Made by a program: the position numbers and the translations under genes | Source of the DNA: Geopsychrobacteraceae bacterium | GTDB lineage: Bacteria; Desulfobacterota; Desulfuromonadia; Desulfuromonadales; Geopsychrobacteraceae | Direction of reading: 5' to 3' | Length of the DNA: 64,000 nt | NCBI GenBank assembly: GCA_963662315.1 | Contig: OY759353.1 | Coordinates: 2,944,001-3,008,000, forward strand | The notes under the pieces: model-generated | Seen by the model: the letters and a program-made list of their open reading frames with translations, nothing else | What the model was told of the DNA's origin: nothing | Databases searched by the model: none | Part shown: positions 1-10,183 of the stretch, piece after piece | How positions within the stretch are numbered: the first letter of the stretch is position 1 | Layout of the letters: each line of letters opens with the position of its first letter

Positions 1-562
1 AGGTAGCACTGAACAGCAAGGTCTGGCGCCGCTCCGGTGTTTTCGCAATGATGGCATCGAGCTCTTCCTGAAAGCCCATATCGAGCATGCGATCGGCTTC
101 ATCAAGGACCAACACCTGTAGATTCTGCAACTGCAATGAACCACGCCGCACATGTTCTTCAACCCTCCCGGGAGTACCGACAATGATATGCGCGCCATGT
201 TCTAGGGAACTCAGTTGAGGACCAAACGGCATTCCCCCGCACAGGGTCAGCGCCTTGATGTTGTGAATGGCGCGTGCCAGTTTGCGAATTTCCTGAGAGA
301 CCTGCTCGGCCAGTTCCCGGGTAGGACACAGCACCAGAGCCTGCACCCGGAAAAATTTGACATTGAGCCGCTGCAGCACTCCAAGCCCGAAAGCCGCCGT
401 TTTCCCCGATCCGGTCTTCCCCTGGCCGATGACATCCTGCCCGGCCAGAATCGCTGGCAGGCTCTGCGCCTGAATCGGAGTCATGGTTGTATAGCCAATA
501 TCGGTCAGGTTCGTGAGCAGATCGGCCTGAAGATTGAGAGCAGTAAAATCGGTTTGGTTCAC
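1..562 (-). CDS. dbpA: DEAD-box ATP-dependent RNA helicase, DbpA-like (5' part; runs off the window start)
   Basis: Manual translation from GTG at 562: MNQTDF..MTPIQAQSLP..GKTGSGKTAAF..VGTPGRV..LVLDEADRMLDMGF..TLLFSAT (Q motif, Walker A, DEAD, SAT). Not in the ORF track because it is partial. Confidence 0.88.
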   Translation of the reverse strand, partial: MNQTDFTALNLQADLLTNLTDIGYTTMTPIQAQSLPAILAGQDVIGQGKTGSGKTAAFGLGVLQRLNVKFFRVQALVLCPTRELAEQVSQEIRKLARAIHNIKALTLCGGMPFGPQLSSLEHGAHIIVGTPGRVEEHVRRGSLQLQNLQVLVLDEADRMLDMGFQEELDAIIAKTPERRQTLLFSAT

Positions 563-859
563 GCAGGTTGTCCTGTTTCTTTGCTAAAATAAGTGTCATT
601 TGAAAAGTCGTGGGGGGAGGTCGTCCTTTTACCATAACAGCAACAAGGACACCATCGTGAAGTTTCAGCTGTTGTTCCATAGCCACCCACATTATATGAG
701 CAGAGGATCAAGCATTAAATTAATATCTGGCAGTTTGACCACCAATGTCAACGCCCTGTCATCATAGCTCAACATCTCAGGTCCTCACGACCAAGCAGTT
801 TCTGTTGCTTCCCGCCTCGGGGATATCGTAGCCAGTCTGTTACCTGGCTAAGCTGCCAC

Positions 860-895
860 TTGACTGAATCAATAATGAATTATATATTCACTATT
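860..895 (+). promoter_or_regulatory. sigma70 promoter overlapped by a palindromic TetR-type operator
   Basis: TTGACT(860-865)-17 bp-TATATT(883-888); inverted repeat AATAATGAAT-N5-ATTCACTATT (871-895, 1 mismatch) upstream of the TetR gene. Confidence 0.7.
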
Positions 896-930
896 AGCTC
901 AAGTCCCTTTCTCCATGAGGAGCCTCCTAA

Positions 931-1563
931 ATGGTACAAATTTTAAAAGATCACGTGAAAAATCAAATTGCTAGTGCCGCTGAACGCATGTTTGCAAAAG
1001 TGGGATATAAACAGGCGACAGTGGGGATGATTGCGAATGAAGCGCGAGTATCAACAGGAAATATCTATAAGTATTTCAAAAATAAGGAAACCTTATTTAA
1101 CGCGATTATCCCCTCTGAATTTGTTGAAGAATTTAAATTACTCACCCGAAACCGCGTTGCAACACTCATTGACCCTGCGAAGAAAGAAGAAGTTCGTTCT
1201 ATAAATAGTGGGGACGCAGGACAGCTGTTACGTTTCTGGATAAAGAATCGCCTGAAAGTCATCATTATTTTGGCAAAGTCGGAAGGCTCGATATACGAAT
1301 CATTTGCACAAGAATATATTCAATCTATAACCCGACAGTCGATGGACAATCTTTCCCTGAGGCATCCCAACCTAAAAGACACAGATGTTTTTCGCTTTGT
1401 TTTCAATACCAGGCTTGCAGATACGATAAGAGGAATTGTTTCTATCTTGGAAACATTCGAAGACGAGGAACAAATCCTCGATGCATTTACGACGAGTTGG
1501 GCCTATCACTATGCAGGAATCAATGCGGTCATTGCCTGGTGTAGTCAACAAATCGATCAATAA
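931..1563 (+). CDS. TetR/AcrR family transcriptional regulator
   Basis: N-terminal HTH AERMFAKVGYKQATVGMIANEARVSTGNIYKYFKNKETLF; GAGGAG RBS. Confidence 0.9.
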   Translation: MVQILKDHVKNQIASAAERMFAKVGYKQATVGMIANEARVSTGNIYKYFKNKETLFNAIIPSEFVEEFKLLTRNRVATLIDPAKKEEVRSINSGDAGQLLRFWIKNRLKVIIILAKSEGSIYESFAQEYIQSITRQSMDNLSLRHPNLKDTDVFRFVFNTRLADTIRGIVSILETFEDEEQILDAFTTSWAYHYAGINAVIAWCSQQIDQ

Positions 1564-1585
1564 AAAATGACTTAAGGATCGAAAT

Positions 1586-1942
1586 ATGAGCATATTCAGC
1601 ATCATTGCCGAAGCAAAAATTCAGGATTGGTTTCGAAGAAAAAATGCAGGAGAACTGAAACAACCTGATCCTGATCTGACCATCGATAAAGCCAAGTGCG
1701 CTGAATCATATTTGCTTGAGGATATTTTGCGACTGATTAAACAAGCCAATGAAGAACATTCTGAAGCACGTGATATCCTTTTGCAAAAAGCCAAAGAAAT
1801 GGAAATTCAGTTACTCACAACGCTCGAAAAAGATGGGTTTTATTTGATGGCACAAATGAATGCAGAAACAATTCGGGAACATAAAAACCTTTATAAACAA
1901 AAAGACACGGGGGAATTATCCCCTGAAACGGACAAGGGCTGA
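1586..1942 (+). CDS. Hypothetical protein, DUF1992-like N-terminus
   Basis: 118-aa ORF directly after the TetR gene; IIAEAKIQDW start resembles DUF1992. Confidence 0.55.
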   Translation: MSIFSIIAEAKIQDWFRRKNAGELKQPDPDLTIDKAKCAESYLLEDILRLIKQANEEHSEARDILLQKAKEMEIQLLTTLEKDGFYLMAQMNAETIREHKNLYKQKDTGELSPETDKG

Positions 1943-1963
1943 GTCCCACCCCCACTGACTCGC

Positions 1964-1999
1964 GACCTACTATTCTTTTAGATTAAAGAATAGTAGGTC
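1964..1999. terminator. Hairpin, probable bidirectional terminator
   Basis: Perfect 15-bp stem GACCTACTATTCTTT / AAAGAATAGTAGGTC between convergent genes. Confidence 0.7.
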
Positions 2000-2043
2000 T
2001 GAAAAATTTATAACCCCACAGGTGATCAGTGTTGCGAATCTGG

Positions 2044-2676
2044 TCAAATCAGACCAACATCGGATTTATGCAGTTTTTGACTCAGAGTTGCTGCATAACT
2101 TTTGAAATCACGATTATGTTTGATAACAAGCGATCTGAGAAAACCGACGACACTCCCGGCAATAAACAGCGGCAGCATAATAACTGGCGAAAGAGTCAGA
2201 CTCATCATGACAGCCTCTCGGAGTTGTTTGTGTTGAAAATCGTGCACATCGATAGCAAAGGCAATCAATGCTATACAACATAGGGTCAAGATACTCGCCC
2301 AAGGATACATTTGAGCACGTATGGATTCACCATCTATCACGGCCTTATGGGTATTGTGGTTAACCGAACTGAGATATGAACCCTGTTTATTTTTGCCATG
2401 GGTCAACAGGAACAGAGTCAATTCCTGGCCACTATCCCCGATAGCATCCTTACTCTGCAATTCAATACTCTCCACTTCCCCCTTTAATTGTAGACTCTGC
2501 TGATCATTGAGAGGGAAATTGTAGTTGTCAAGTTCAGGAACACGAAGATGACGCCCTATGGTGGGAGCATTGTAAACCATATCGCGACGGAACTCGATAC
2601 GCTCTATAATTCCGGTATTTTCAAAAATTTCATATTTCAAGCCCAATGCGCTACCTTCTGCAATTTTCTTTTTCAT
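2044..2676 (-). CDS. Hypothetical membrane protein (two C-terminal TM helices)
   Basis: ORF 2044..2739; more likely start is ATG 2676 (MKKKIAEG); hydrophobic segments near the C-terminus. Confidence 0.6.
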   Translation of the reverse strand: MKKKIAEGSALGLKYEIFENTGIIERIEFRRDMVYNAPTIGRHLRVPELDNYNFPLNDQQSLQLKGEVESIELQSKDAIGDSGQELTLFLLTHGKNKQGSYLSSVNHNTHKAVIDGESIRAQMYPWASILTLCCIALIAFAIDVHDFQHKQLREAVMMSLTLSPVIMLPLFIAGSVVGFLRSLVIKHNRDFKSYAATLSQKLHKSDVGLI

Positions 2677-3289
2677 GGTGGTGTTCTCTGTGTTTCTTAA
2701 GATGGTTAGTGATTTCTTTAGTAACAGATAGTAGGACAATTGATCTTCTGACTATTTCTGTTAACTCAGGTCCAATACTGAAATCTTAGGACCAAAACGG
2801 GATGGATTGCAATCGGTTTTTCGATGAAAAACCTTTGTATCACAGGTAGTTAACCTTCTACTTAAAATAAAAAAACGATGTATCAAAAACATAACTGCCC
2901 ATATGTGGGATAGCATCATTCAACGCAACTGCTAAGGATTTTAGTGGTTTCTACAGTCAAATTCTGTTTTCCGTAGCGCTGAAAGCAGGTTAACTCCTTA
3001 TCTTTGGGGAATAAATCGGCGCTCTTGAAAAGAATGAATATAATAATAAGTTATATTTTTTAAACCATTGGCTGTTCTTAAATAGAGGATTTTCTATTCG
3101 CTTTTAAAATTCAGATAAAAAGATATGCAAGGGAAGAAGGCGAGATCACATGGTCCTGGACCTCGTTTTTGAACCTGAAACACATGCGTTCAGGGGATAA
3201 CAAGAAAAACCCGTCACGCGTCATAGCGATAATCGGCATAACGGGCTTTTCTTGTTGATTATATACCTTGGAAGACGCGGCGCGGCTAC

Positions 3290-5455
3290 TTAGTGTGGCA
3301 AAGGATTCGTAGCACGCATATCAACTGCGGCAGGGACACAGCCCTTTTCAGCAGTAGTGACGTCACTCATCAAGTTGCTGGCCGCAATCTGTTTCATCCG
3401 TTCAAGCATGGCTGTTTGGCGCTCGGCAACCAAGTCTTTGCGTTCCGGGAGTTCTGAATATTCCACTAAGCTCCCGGTAATCAAAGCAGATCGATCGACC
3501 AGATCAAGACGATGATCACGAAGGTTAAAGCGCAGAATATCGCCATCAACCAAAGAACCGATGCCGCCACCGCCAAAAGCTTCCGGCGTGACATGTCCGA
3601 CGCAGGCTCCCTTGGTGACACCCGAGTAACGGCCGTCTGTCAGCAGAATGGAAGAGGCTTCCAGAATCTGATGATGTTTCAAATGGTGCGCAGGAGCAAA
3701 CATTTCCGGCATTCCGAAAGCAACCGGTCCCTGACCAGCAATGACGAAGGCAAACGACAAGGCTCCAGAAGCAACCAACTGGTAGATGTTCTGTCGCTCA
3801 AAGACATTAATGTTTCCCTTTGAATTATGCTTCAAAATCGCTGTGATCAGTTCTTGCGGCTGTTTTTCAACTAAGCTGCCAAGCATATCAAGTAACTTGG
3901 GAGATGAAATTTCATCAATGCAGAGATGTTCGTTTTCGTAGTAGCGGACAAACAACAGCTGATCATTAAAGCGGTCAAACTGGCGATCAGTCATCCCGGC
4001 CAGCTTGACGATAGCCGTCGACATGAAGTTGCCACGCAACACTTCAACCCCGGAAGCTTGGCGTACCGGCGTGGTTCTAATTACCGACTTATCGCCTAAA
4101 TCTGGATCAACAGGAGTCACCAACGCGGCTATCCGCTCTCCCCAGGTTTTGCCAGTCATGGTCGGGGCATCGAAATCCATAGCGATGCCGATATCACTAA
4201 GAATCCGATAAATACTATCGATCCCATGGTTCTGCCCTTTGAGGAATTGCTGGGCAAGAACAAATGTATCGCGCCCGTCTGTCAGACTGTGAGCAAACAT
4301 CTCAGGAACTGGGGTTTCCTTGCGAACCTTCTCGTAATCAAGGATAGAAATATCAAATCCTGCATAGCGAAGAATAGCCGGAAGGTGGAGGAGAATATTC
4401 GAAGAACTCCCTGTGGTATTGTGCAGTCGGACTGCGTTCCTGAAGTTCCGTCCGATGACATTGGTGATTCGCAAAGCCTCCTTGTTCAGGCTCTCGTAAA
4501 GCATATCTACAGCCTTGGCGACAATCTCGGGAGCTGGGGTATCGATAAGAAGTTCTGCCTCCGGAGGAGCAAAACCAAGGGCCGAGATCAACGTTCGGGA
4601 AGAATTCCCGGTTCCATTAAAAGCACAGATACCACCGTGCTTATCGCAAGTTGCTGCGGCCAAAGCATTGAGGATAGCACGCGCTTCGTGTTCTGCAATC
4701 AGATCAAGCTGAACAGCGCGATGCATCTGTCCGAGGAACGCCTCATCGGAAGAACACTGCAGGATATAGCGCATGTTTTCGGCAATATCCTCAGCAAGAT
4801 CGGCATAGCCCTTGGCACGGGCCCGATCCATCAATGCCTTAAGTCGATCCTTGGTTGCTGCTGGAATTTCTCCTCCTTTAAGGACATGTTCCGGCACAAA
4901 AACAGCCCAGACCGGGGCCTGTTTGCGATCAGGATGGCTTCGAGCGAGATCTGCAGCAGCAAGCCCTGAGAGAACGGCTGCCGGGAACTTGTCGCAGCTG
5001 GAAAGAACGTAGGCGGCGTGATAGGAATGTCCTTCAAAAGTAATGTTGACCGCGCTAGCAGTTTGGTTGCGCGAGGCCAATGAATAGCTCTGACCTATAT
5101 TGCTCTGAGCCGTACCATCACAAATGACCGGAATACCGAAGACAAAGGGGACTCCGCCATTTTCCCAGATCCTCAGAGTTGCCAGGCTGATGTGCATGTC
5201 ATCACGCAGATGAGCAGGATGATCCAAAGACCCGGTAATGATGGCAATCCGTGGGCGGTTAGTGACCAGCCTCTCGACAATTTCTTCCAGGGTTACTTTT
5301 CCCGGATTAAGAGAAGGTTCGCTGCTCTTAACATAGTCCCAAGCCTTGTTAATGGCGGCCAGCACGCAAATTGGCTCATTGGCCAGCCCCTGAATACACT
5401 CTCGATAAGGATTATATTCCTCCTTAATGACGAGATTTGCATAGATATTTTCCAT
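3290..5455 (-). CDS. IlvD/Edd-family dehydratase (atypical, sugar-acid dehydratase-like)
   Basis: Motifs ICDG, SCDK, GICAFNGTGNS, GMPEM, TDGRYSG, VGHVTPEA; ATG 5455 preceded by AAGGATAGG. Confidence 0.85.
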   Translation of the reverse strand: MENIYANLVIKEEYNPYRECIQGLANEPICVLAAINKAWDYVKSSEPSLNPGKVTLEEIVERLVTNRPRIAIITGSLDHPAHLRDDMHISLATLRIWENGGVPFVFGIPVICDGTAQSNIGQSYSLASRNQTASAVNITFEGHSYHAAYVLSSCDKFPAAVLSGLAAADLARSHPDRKQAPVWAVFVPEHVLKGGEIPAATKDRLKALMDRARAKGYADLAEDIAENMRYILQCSSDEAFLGQMHRAVQLDLIAEHEARAILNALAAATCDKHGGICAFNGTGNSSRTLISALGFAPPEAELLIDTPAPEIVAKAVDMLYESLNKEALRITNVIGRNFRNAVRLHNTTGSSSNILLHLPAILRYAGFDISILDYEKVRKETPVPEMFAHSLTDGRDTFVLAQQFLKGQNHGIDSIYRILSDIGIAMDFDAPTMTGKTWGERIAALVTPVDPDLGDKSVIRTTPVRQASGVEVLRGNFMSTAIVKLAGMTDRQFDRFNDQLLFVRYYENEHLCIDEISSPKLLDMLGSLVEKQPQELITAILKHNSKGNINVFERQNIYQLVASGALSFAFVIAGQGPVAFGMPEMFAPAHHLKHHQILEASSILLTDGRYSGVTKGACVGHVTPEAFGGGGIGSLVDGDILRFNLRDHRLDLVDRSALITGSLVEYSELPERKDLVAERQTAMLERMKQIAASNLMSDVTTAEKGCVPAAVDMRATNPLPH

Positions 5456-5776
5456 TCTGAACCTATCCTTTTTCAAAGAGAAACATTAAGACTGGTGAAC
5501 ATTCATCTCTTAAGCAAAGAGCCTTCATTGACTACCGTTATGGGATAAATCCATATCAACACCACAGATTCCTTCAAGGCGATTCTGGAACAGCCATGGC
5601 GCGATCAGCTTAAACCCCGCTTAGGTATTAAAATTTAGCAGGAAGGCTGTTTGGGGCGGCATGAGTATCACTGCCCCAAACTTTGCGTGTGGATAAAATC
5701 GAATTTTTAACGACCAGAGAGGGATGTCAGTCCTACGGTATTGAGGGCAGATTAACGCTCCTGTTATCCCCCTTGG

Positions 5777-7051
5777 CTAACCCGCCAAAACCCTCGCTGG
5801 AAACATTACGATTTCCGGATATGCGGCAACGATTACCAACGTGACAAGGTTTACGGCATAAAAAGGCATAGTCGCGATGGTCAGTCGTTCGATGGGCACC
5901 TTTGAAACCTGTGCAGTTGCAAACAGGCAGGTTCCAACGGGAGGCGAAGCAAGTCCGATGGCCAAAGCAACACACATGAAGACCAGAAAGTGAAGGGGAT
6001 CGACCCCCGCCTGAGTTGCGGCAGGCAAGAGCACGGGAATCAACATCAGAGCTGCAGCCACGATATCCATCAACATTCCAACGATTAGAAATACCACTCC
6101 CATCATAATTAAAGTGGCAAATTGACTGGTTGCAATCGACGACATGGCTGACGCGGCCTTCATCGGCAGCAGGTCAACTGTAAACACGAAGGTCGCCGCA
6201 TTAGCTACCATCAGGATCAGAAGCACTGATCCTGCCGACTGCCCAGCCCTGATGACCAGGGGCACGAAATCCTTGCATTTGAGTTCACGGTAGACAAAAA
6301 ATCCTACCAGGAAAGTATAGACCACCGCCAGCCCAGCCGCCTCGGTCGGAGTGACGATTCCCGAGAACATCCCCGTCAAGATGATGATCGGCGCTCCGAT
6401 TGCGGGCATCGCCCGCATGATCGAGGCGAGGCTCTTCCGGCTGTCGTAACGTGTTATAACGCCATACCCCAGTCGTTTTGAAATAAAGGTGTTATAAACA
6501 GCCAGCAACCCGGCCAACAACAAGCCCGGTCCGAGTCCTCCGGCCAGTGCCGCTCCGACAGACTGCCCAGATGAAGAAGCCGCAACAATCATCAGGATGC
6601 TCGGCGGTACCAGCGTTGCAAGGGTGGACGTGATTAACGTCAATGCTGCAGAGTAGGGAACAGGATAGCCCCGCGAAGTCATAGCCCGTATCGTAATCGG
6701 ACCGAGGCTGGCGATGTCGGCCACAGACGATCCTGAAATACCGCCGAAAATAAAGCTGGAGACAATGTTTACATGTCCAAGACCGCCCCGAAACCGTCCA
6801 ACCATTGCCTCGGAAGCATCAAAGATCTTTTCCGAAAGACCTCCTCGTTCCATAATTTGACCAGCAAGGATGAACAGCGGAACAGAGATCAAAAGAAAGC
6901 TGTTGACGGAAGTTGCCATCGTCTGGGTAATCATTGACAACGGCAAGTCAAAATACCAAAGCGTACTCACAGCGGCGACGCCCAGAGACAAGGAAACCGG
7001 AACACCTAGCAAAGCCAAGATGACGAACACGACAAACAGCATAGTACTCAT
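5777..7051 (-). CDS. dctM: TRAP transporter large permease
   Basis: 424-aa polytopic protein with GGISGSSVAD, LVPPSI, TPTEAA, SPPVG. Confidence 0.92.
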   Translation of the reverse strand: MSTMLFVVFVILALLGVPVSLSLGVAAVSTLWYFDLPLSMITQTMATSVNSFLLISVPLFILAGQIMERGGLSEKIFDASEAMVGRFRGGLGHVNIVSSFIFGGISGSSVADIASLGPITIRAMTSRGYPVPYSAALTLITSTLATLVPPSILMIVAASSSGQSVGAALAGGLGPGLLLAGLLAVYNTFISKRLGYGVITRYDSRKSLASIMRAMPAIGAPIIILTGMFSGIVTPTEAAGLAVVYTFLVGFFVYRELKCKDFVPLVIRAGQSAGSVLLILMVANAATFVFTVDLLPMKAASAMSSIATSQFATLIMMGVVFLIVGMLMDIVAAALMLIPVLLPAATQAGVDPLHFLVFMCVALAIGLASPPVGTCLFATAQVSKVPIERLTIATMPFYAVNLVTLVIVAAYPEIVMFPARVLAG

Positions 7052-7542
7052 TTCCTAACCCCCGCTTCTTCCTTTTGATCCACATGTTTTTCATAGTAGG
7101 TGTTCACAATCACACCGATGGGTGCCAGTATGGAGCCAAACACCAAAGGCAAAGTCGTCACCCACATACCTATCTGAAGAGTTGGGGAGATTTCACCAAA
7201 TTTAATCTGTTGTTTGAGCAAGGCAACTCCGTACCAGCCGACGAGGCCAAAGAACACCACCGCGCAAACCGGGGTTAGATGACGCAATACCCGTTGAACT
7301 GAAGGGGGGAACAAACTGACGCAGAATTCCACGGAAGGATGATTGGCCTGTCTAAATCCCGTTGCCATGCCAAGAAAGGTGGTCCAAATGAACAGGAAGC
7401 GCGACAGTTCCTCGGTCCAAGGACTCGAATGGCCGATGGCCCGTGTTGTCACCTGGGTGACGATCAGAAAAACCATACCGAAAACGGCAATAAAGATAAT
7501 ACCGTCCACGACTCTCCAAAGATACCTGTCAAAAACCTTCAT
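7048..7542 (-). CDS. dctQ: TRAP transporter small permease
   Basis: 164 aa, 4 TM, WTEELSRFLFIW motif; 4-bp overlap with dctM. Confidence 0.9.
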   Translation of the reverse strand: MKVFDRYLWRVVDGIIFIAVFGMVFLIVTQVTTRAIGHSSPWTEELSRFLFIWTTFLGMATGFRQANHPSVEFCVSLFPPSVQRVLRHLTPVCAVVFFGLVGWYGVALLKQQIKFGEISPTLQIGMWVTTLPLVFGSILAPIGVIVNTYYEKHVDQKEEAGVRK

Positions 7543-7771
7543 AGACTCAACATCCTACCCTTGCCGTGAGTCGCCCTGAAATTCAACTGCGACCCGACTG
7601 ATTACCAACGACTATTACGCACCTTGACTCAGAGCCCCGTTGCCCGATGCATCCTTGGCACAACATGCAAGGTAGCTGAGCTGAATTACCGCCAGGACGT
7701 TTCGATATCCTGACGGCAATCCAAGGGGTCATTCAACTTTAACATTCTCGTTTACAGTTGAACGATCGCTG

Positions 7772-8818
7772 TTAGTTTTTCAGGAAATCCATGCTGTATT
7801 TCATAAATTCGGCACCAATCTTCCCCTCGAACTCAGGATAGATGGTCCGTGCGATTTCTTGAACCTTCTCAAGCTCACCAGGTTCGAAGTAGTTAACCTG
7901 CATACCGAGACCTTTGAGTTTTTCAATGATCTGAGCTTCTTGGGCGATCTCCTCGTCGTCATGCTGTTTTACCATCTTTGCTGCAGCGGTTCTAATAGCG
8001 TCATGGTACTTGGCAGGAACCTTATTCCAGGCATTATTAGACATGGCCAGAAGGAACGAATCTGCCAGGTGCTGGGTAATGTTCAAGTGGCCCTGAACCT
8101 CGTAAAATTTATTATTGTATGGCACTTCAACCGGGTTCTCTTGACCGTCGATCGCCTTGAGTTGGAGGGCGCTGTAAACCTCTGAAAAGGCCATAGGGGT
8201 CGGATTGGCACCAAGCGCCTGGAACAAACGAACCCACAGTGGGTTGTTCGGGGTGCGAAGCGTGATACCCTTGAAATCACTTGCCTTGGTGATCGGAGTT
8301 TCTCTGGTCGTCACGTCCCTGAAGGTTCTCAGGAAAATACCCAGGCCGACGATATTCAGACGATCCAGAGATTCAAGAAGAACAGTCCCCGGTTTTCCGC
8401 CAAGGTAGCCCCTCAATTGGTCATAATCTTTGAACAGATAGGGCAGGCTGATCGCGTTCATCCGCGGCTCGAAGGAGGCATAGACGCTGCTGGCCAGAAT
8501 CAATGCGTCCATAGCACCGCTGCCCAATTGGTTAATCGCCGCATTCTGGTCTTTACCGAACAAGATGCCGTCGGCGAAGACCTGGAGCTTGACCTCACCT
8601 CCGGTCTCCTCACTTACGAATTTGGCAAATTCGGTAGCAGCACGGCCTACGGAAGACCCGATCGGGTCTGGGATTGCAATACGAAGAGTGGTTGCCGCCT
8701 CAGCTTTGCTGCTGAGCGCAGGTACGCCGATCAGTAAAACGGCCGTCAGCGCAGCAACTGATTTCATCAGCTTGCGCCGTGTGATCGTAAATCTGCTTTC
8801 ATTGGTTTCGAGTGTCAT
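7772..8818 (-). CDS. dctP: TRAP substrate-binding protein with twin-arginine-like signal
   Basis: TRRKLMK signal; FSEVYSALQLKAIDGQENP motif; conserved Arg in LRTP. Confidence 0.92.
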   Translation of the reverse strand: MTLETNESRFTITRRKLMKSVAALTAVLLIGVPALSSKAEAATTLRIAIPDPIGSSVGRAATEFAKFVSEETGGEVKLQVFADGILFGKDQNAAINQLGSGAMDALILASSVYASFEPRMNAISLPYLFKDYDQLRGYLGGKPGTVLLESLDRLNIVGLGIFLRTFRDVTTRETPITKASDFKGITLRTPNNPLWVRLFQALGANPTPMAFSEVYSALQLKAIDGQENPVEVPYNNKFYEVQGHLNITQHLADSFLLAMSNNAWNKVPAKYHDAIRTAAAKMVKQHDDEEIAQEAQIIEKLKGLGMQVNYFEPGELEKVQEIARTIYPEFEGKIGAEFMKYSMDFLKN

Positions 8819-8916
8819 GACAGTCTCCTTTTCAGATTAGGTTAAGTCCATCGTTTAGGTTTTGACGCTTCCCTTCATCCTTGGTGCTACATCATGTGGT
8901 TCTCTTGAAGCCTATT

Positions 8917-9819
8917 TCATACGGCTTCGCTTGCAAGGCTGTTGATCCGGCGAAGTTCGCGAATTAAAGCGCTATGGTCGAGCTCACCATCACCATGGTT
9001 GACTAGGTCATGAAACAGCTTGTCCGTCAACTCAAGCATGGGCAATTGCAGGCCAAGATCGCCCGCGAGGGCAAGTGCAGCTTCTGTGTCCTTGATTTGA
9101 TTAATTGCCGTCCCCCCGGGCGCAAAATCCCCGGTGATCATTCTCCTGCCGTGGAGATCCAAGATCCGTGAGTTGGCAAACCCGCCAAGGAGTGCTTCAC
9201 GAACGCGTTCCAGGTTGGCACCACCCTGCTCTGCCAGGAGCAGGGTTTCTGCCACGGCGACAATCGTACTGGCAACCGTGAGTTGGTTGGCCAGCTTGGT
9301 CAACTGGCCGGTACCGGTAGGTCCAATGTGAATCGGACGGCCAAGGGCCTCGAACAAAGGCCGGGCGGCCTCCACGTCGGAGGACTCGCCACCAATCATG
9401 ATGGACAGAGCCGCATTTTCAGCCCCTACCTGGCCACCTGAAACCGGCGCATCCAGATAGCGGACACCATATTTTTGAGCACAGCAGGCATGATCCTCGG
9501 CTGTTTTGACCGAGAGGGAACTCATAACGATCAGCAAGCTGCCGGGCCGCATCGACCGCACTGCTCCTGTTGGTTCTGAGAACAAAACTGCGTCGCAGAC
9601 AGGGCCCGTGTCTAACATGACAACAACGGCGTCTTTATCGGATACCGCCTCACTGGCTGAGTCGGCAATCTTGACACCATGCTCCGCCAGAAGAGCGAGC
9701 TTCTGCGTGTTCTTATCGAAAGCTGACACAGCGAAACCAGCAGTCGCTAAGTTTCTTGCCATCGGCCAGCCCATAATGCCCGTCCCGATAAAGCCAACAT
9801 TTTTTATCGTTTTGCTCAT
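8917..9819 (-). CDS. beta-hydroxyacid dehydrogenase (GarR/GlxR/YihU family)
   Basis: GFIGTGIMGWPMA, DAPVSGG, KLANQL, FAPGG. Confidence 0.88.
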   Translation of the reverse strand: MSKTIKNVGFIGTGIMGWPMARNLATAGFAVSAFDKNTQKLALLAEHGVKIADSASEAVSDKDAVVVMLDTGPVCDAVLFSEPTGAVRSMRPGSLLIVMSSLSVKTAEDHACCAQKYGVRYLDAPVSGGQVGAENAALSIMIGGESSDVEAARPLFEALGRPIHIGPTGTGQLTKLANQLTVASTIVAVAETLLLAEQGGANLERVREALLGGFANSRILDLHGRRMITGDFAPGGTAINQIKDTEAALALAGDLGLQLPMLELTDKLFHDLVNHGDGELDHSALIRELRRINSLASEAV

Positions 9820-9826
9820 GGTTTGT

Positions 9827-10171
9827 CTATGCTCCTTTTAGCGGGTGCATCCGGTTCAAAAATTTTACCGGTAGCTCGGCTTCGACAAGATCAGGAAAAG
9901 CGCCTTGGAAACGGATGAGGTGCGGAGTCTCCAGATGGGCATCGAATGCCGTCCGCGATTTATACACCTCGTAAAAGGTCACTACATTAGGACGGTCTGC
10001 ACTACATGAAACGTCGAATTGGAGACAGCCAGGCTCATCACTTACTGAGTGTGTCGCATCATCAATCGCTACCGTCAAAAAGGAGTCTAATGACTCCTCT
10101 TTGACGAGGAATTCAGCGATTACGACGAACTCGGATTTCTCAACAGAGGTTCCGATTTCAGTCATTGTCAA
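9827..10171 (-). CDS. ABM-domain protein, LsrG-like isomerase / putative quinol monooxygenase
   Basis: EPGCLQFDV, FYEVY, AFDAHLETPH. Confidence 0.8.
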   Translation of the reverse strand: MTMTEIGTSVEKSEFVVIAEFLVKEESLDSFLTVAIDDATHSVSDEPGCLQFDVSCSADRPNVVTFYEVYKSRTAFDAHLETPHLIRFQGAFPDLVEAELPVKFLNRMHPLKGA

Positions 10172-10183
10172 ACTCCCTTATGC

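Noticed and set aside
159..692. ORF-track ORFs 159..692(-) and 215..592(+)
   Set aside because: Shadow frames of the partial DEAD-box helicase gene.
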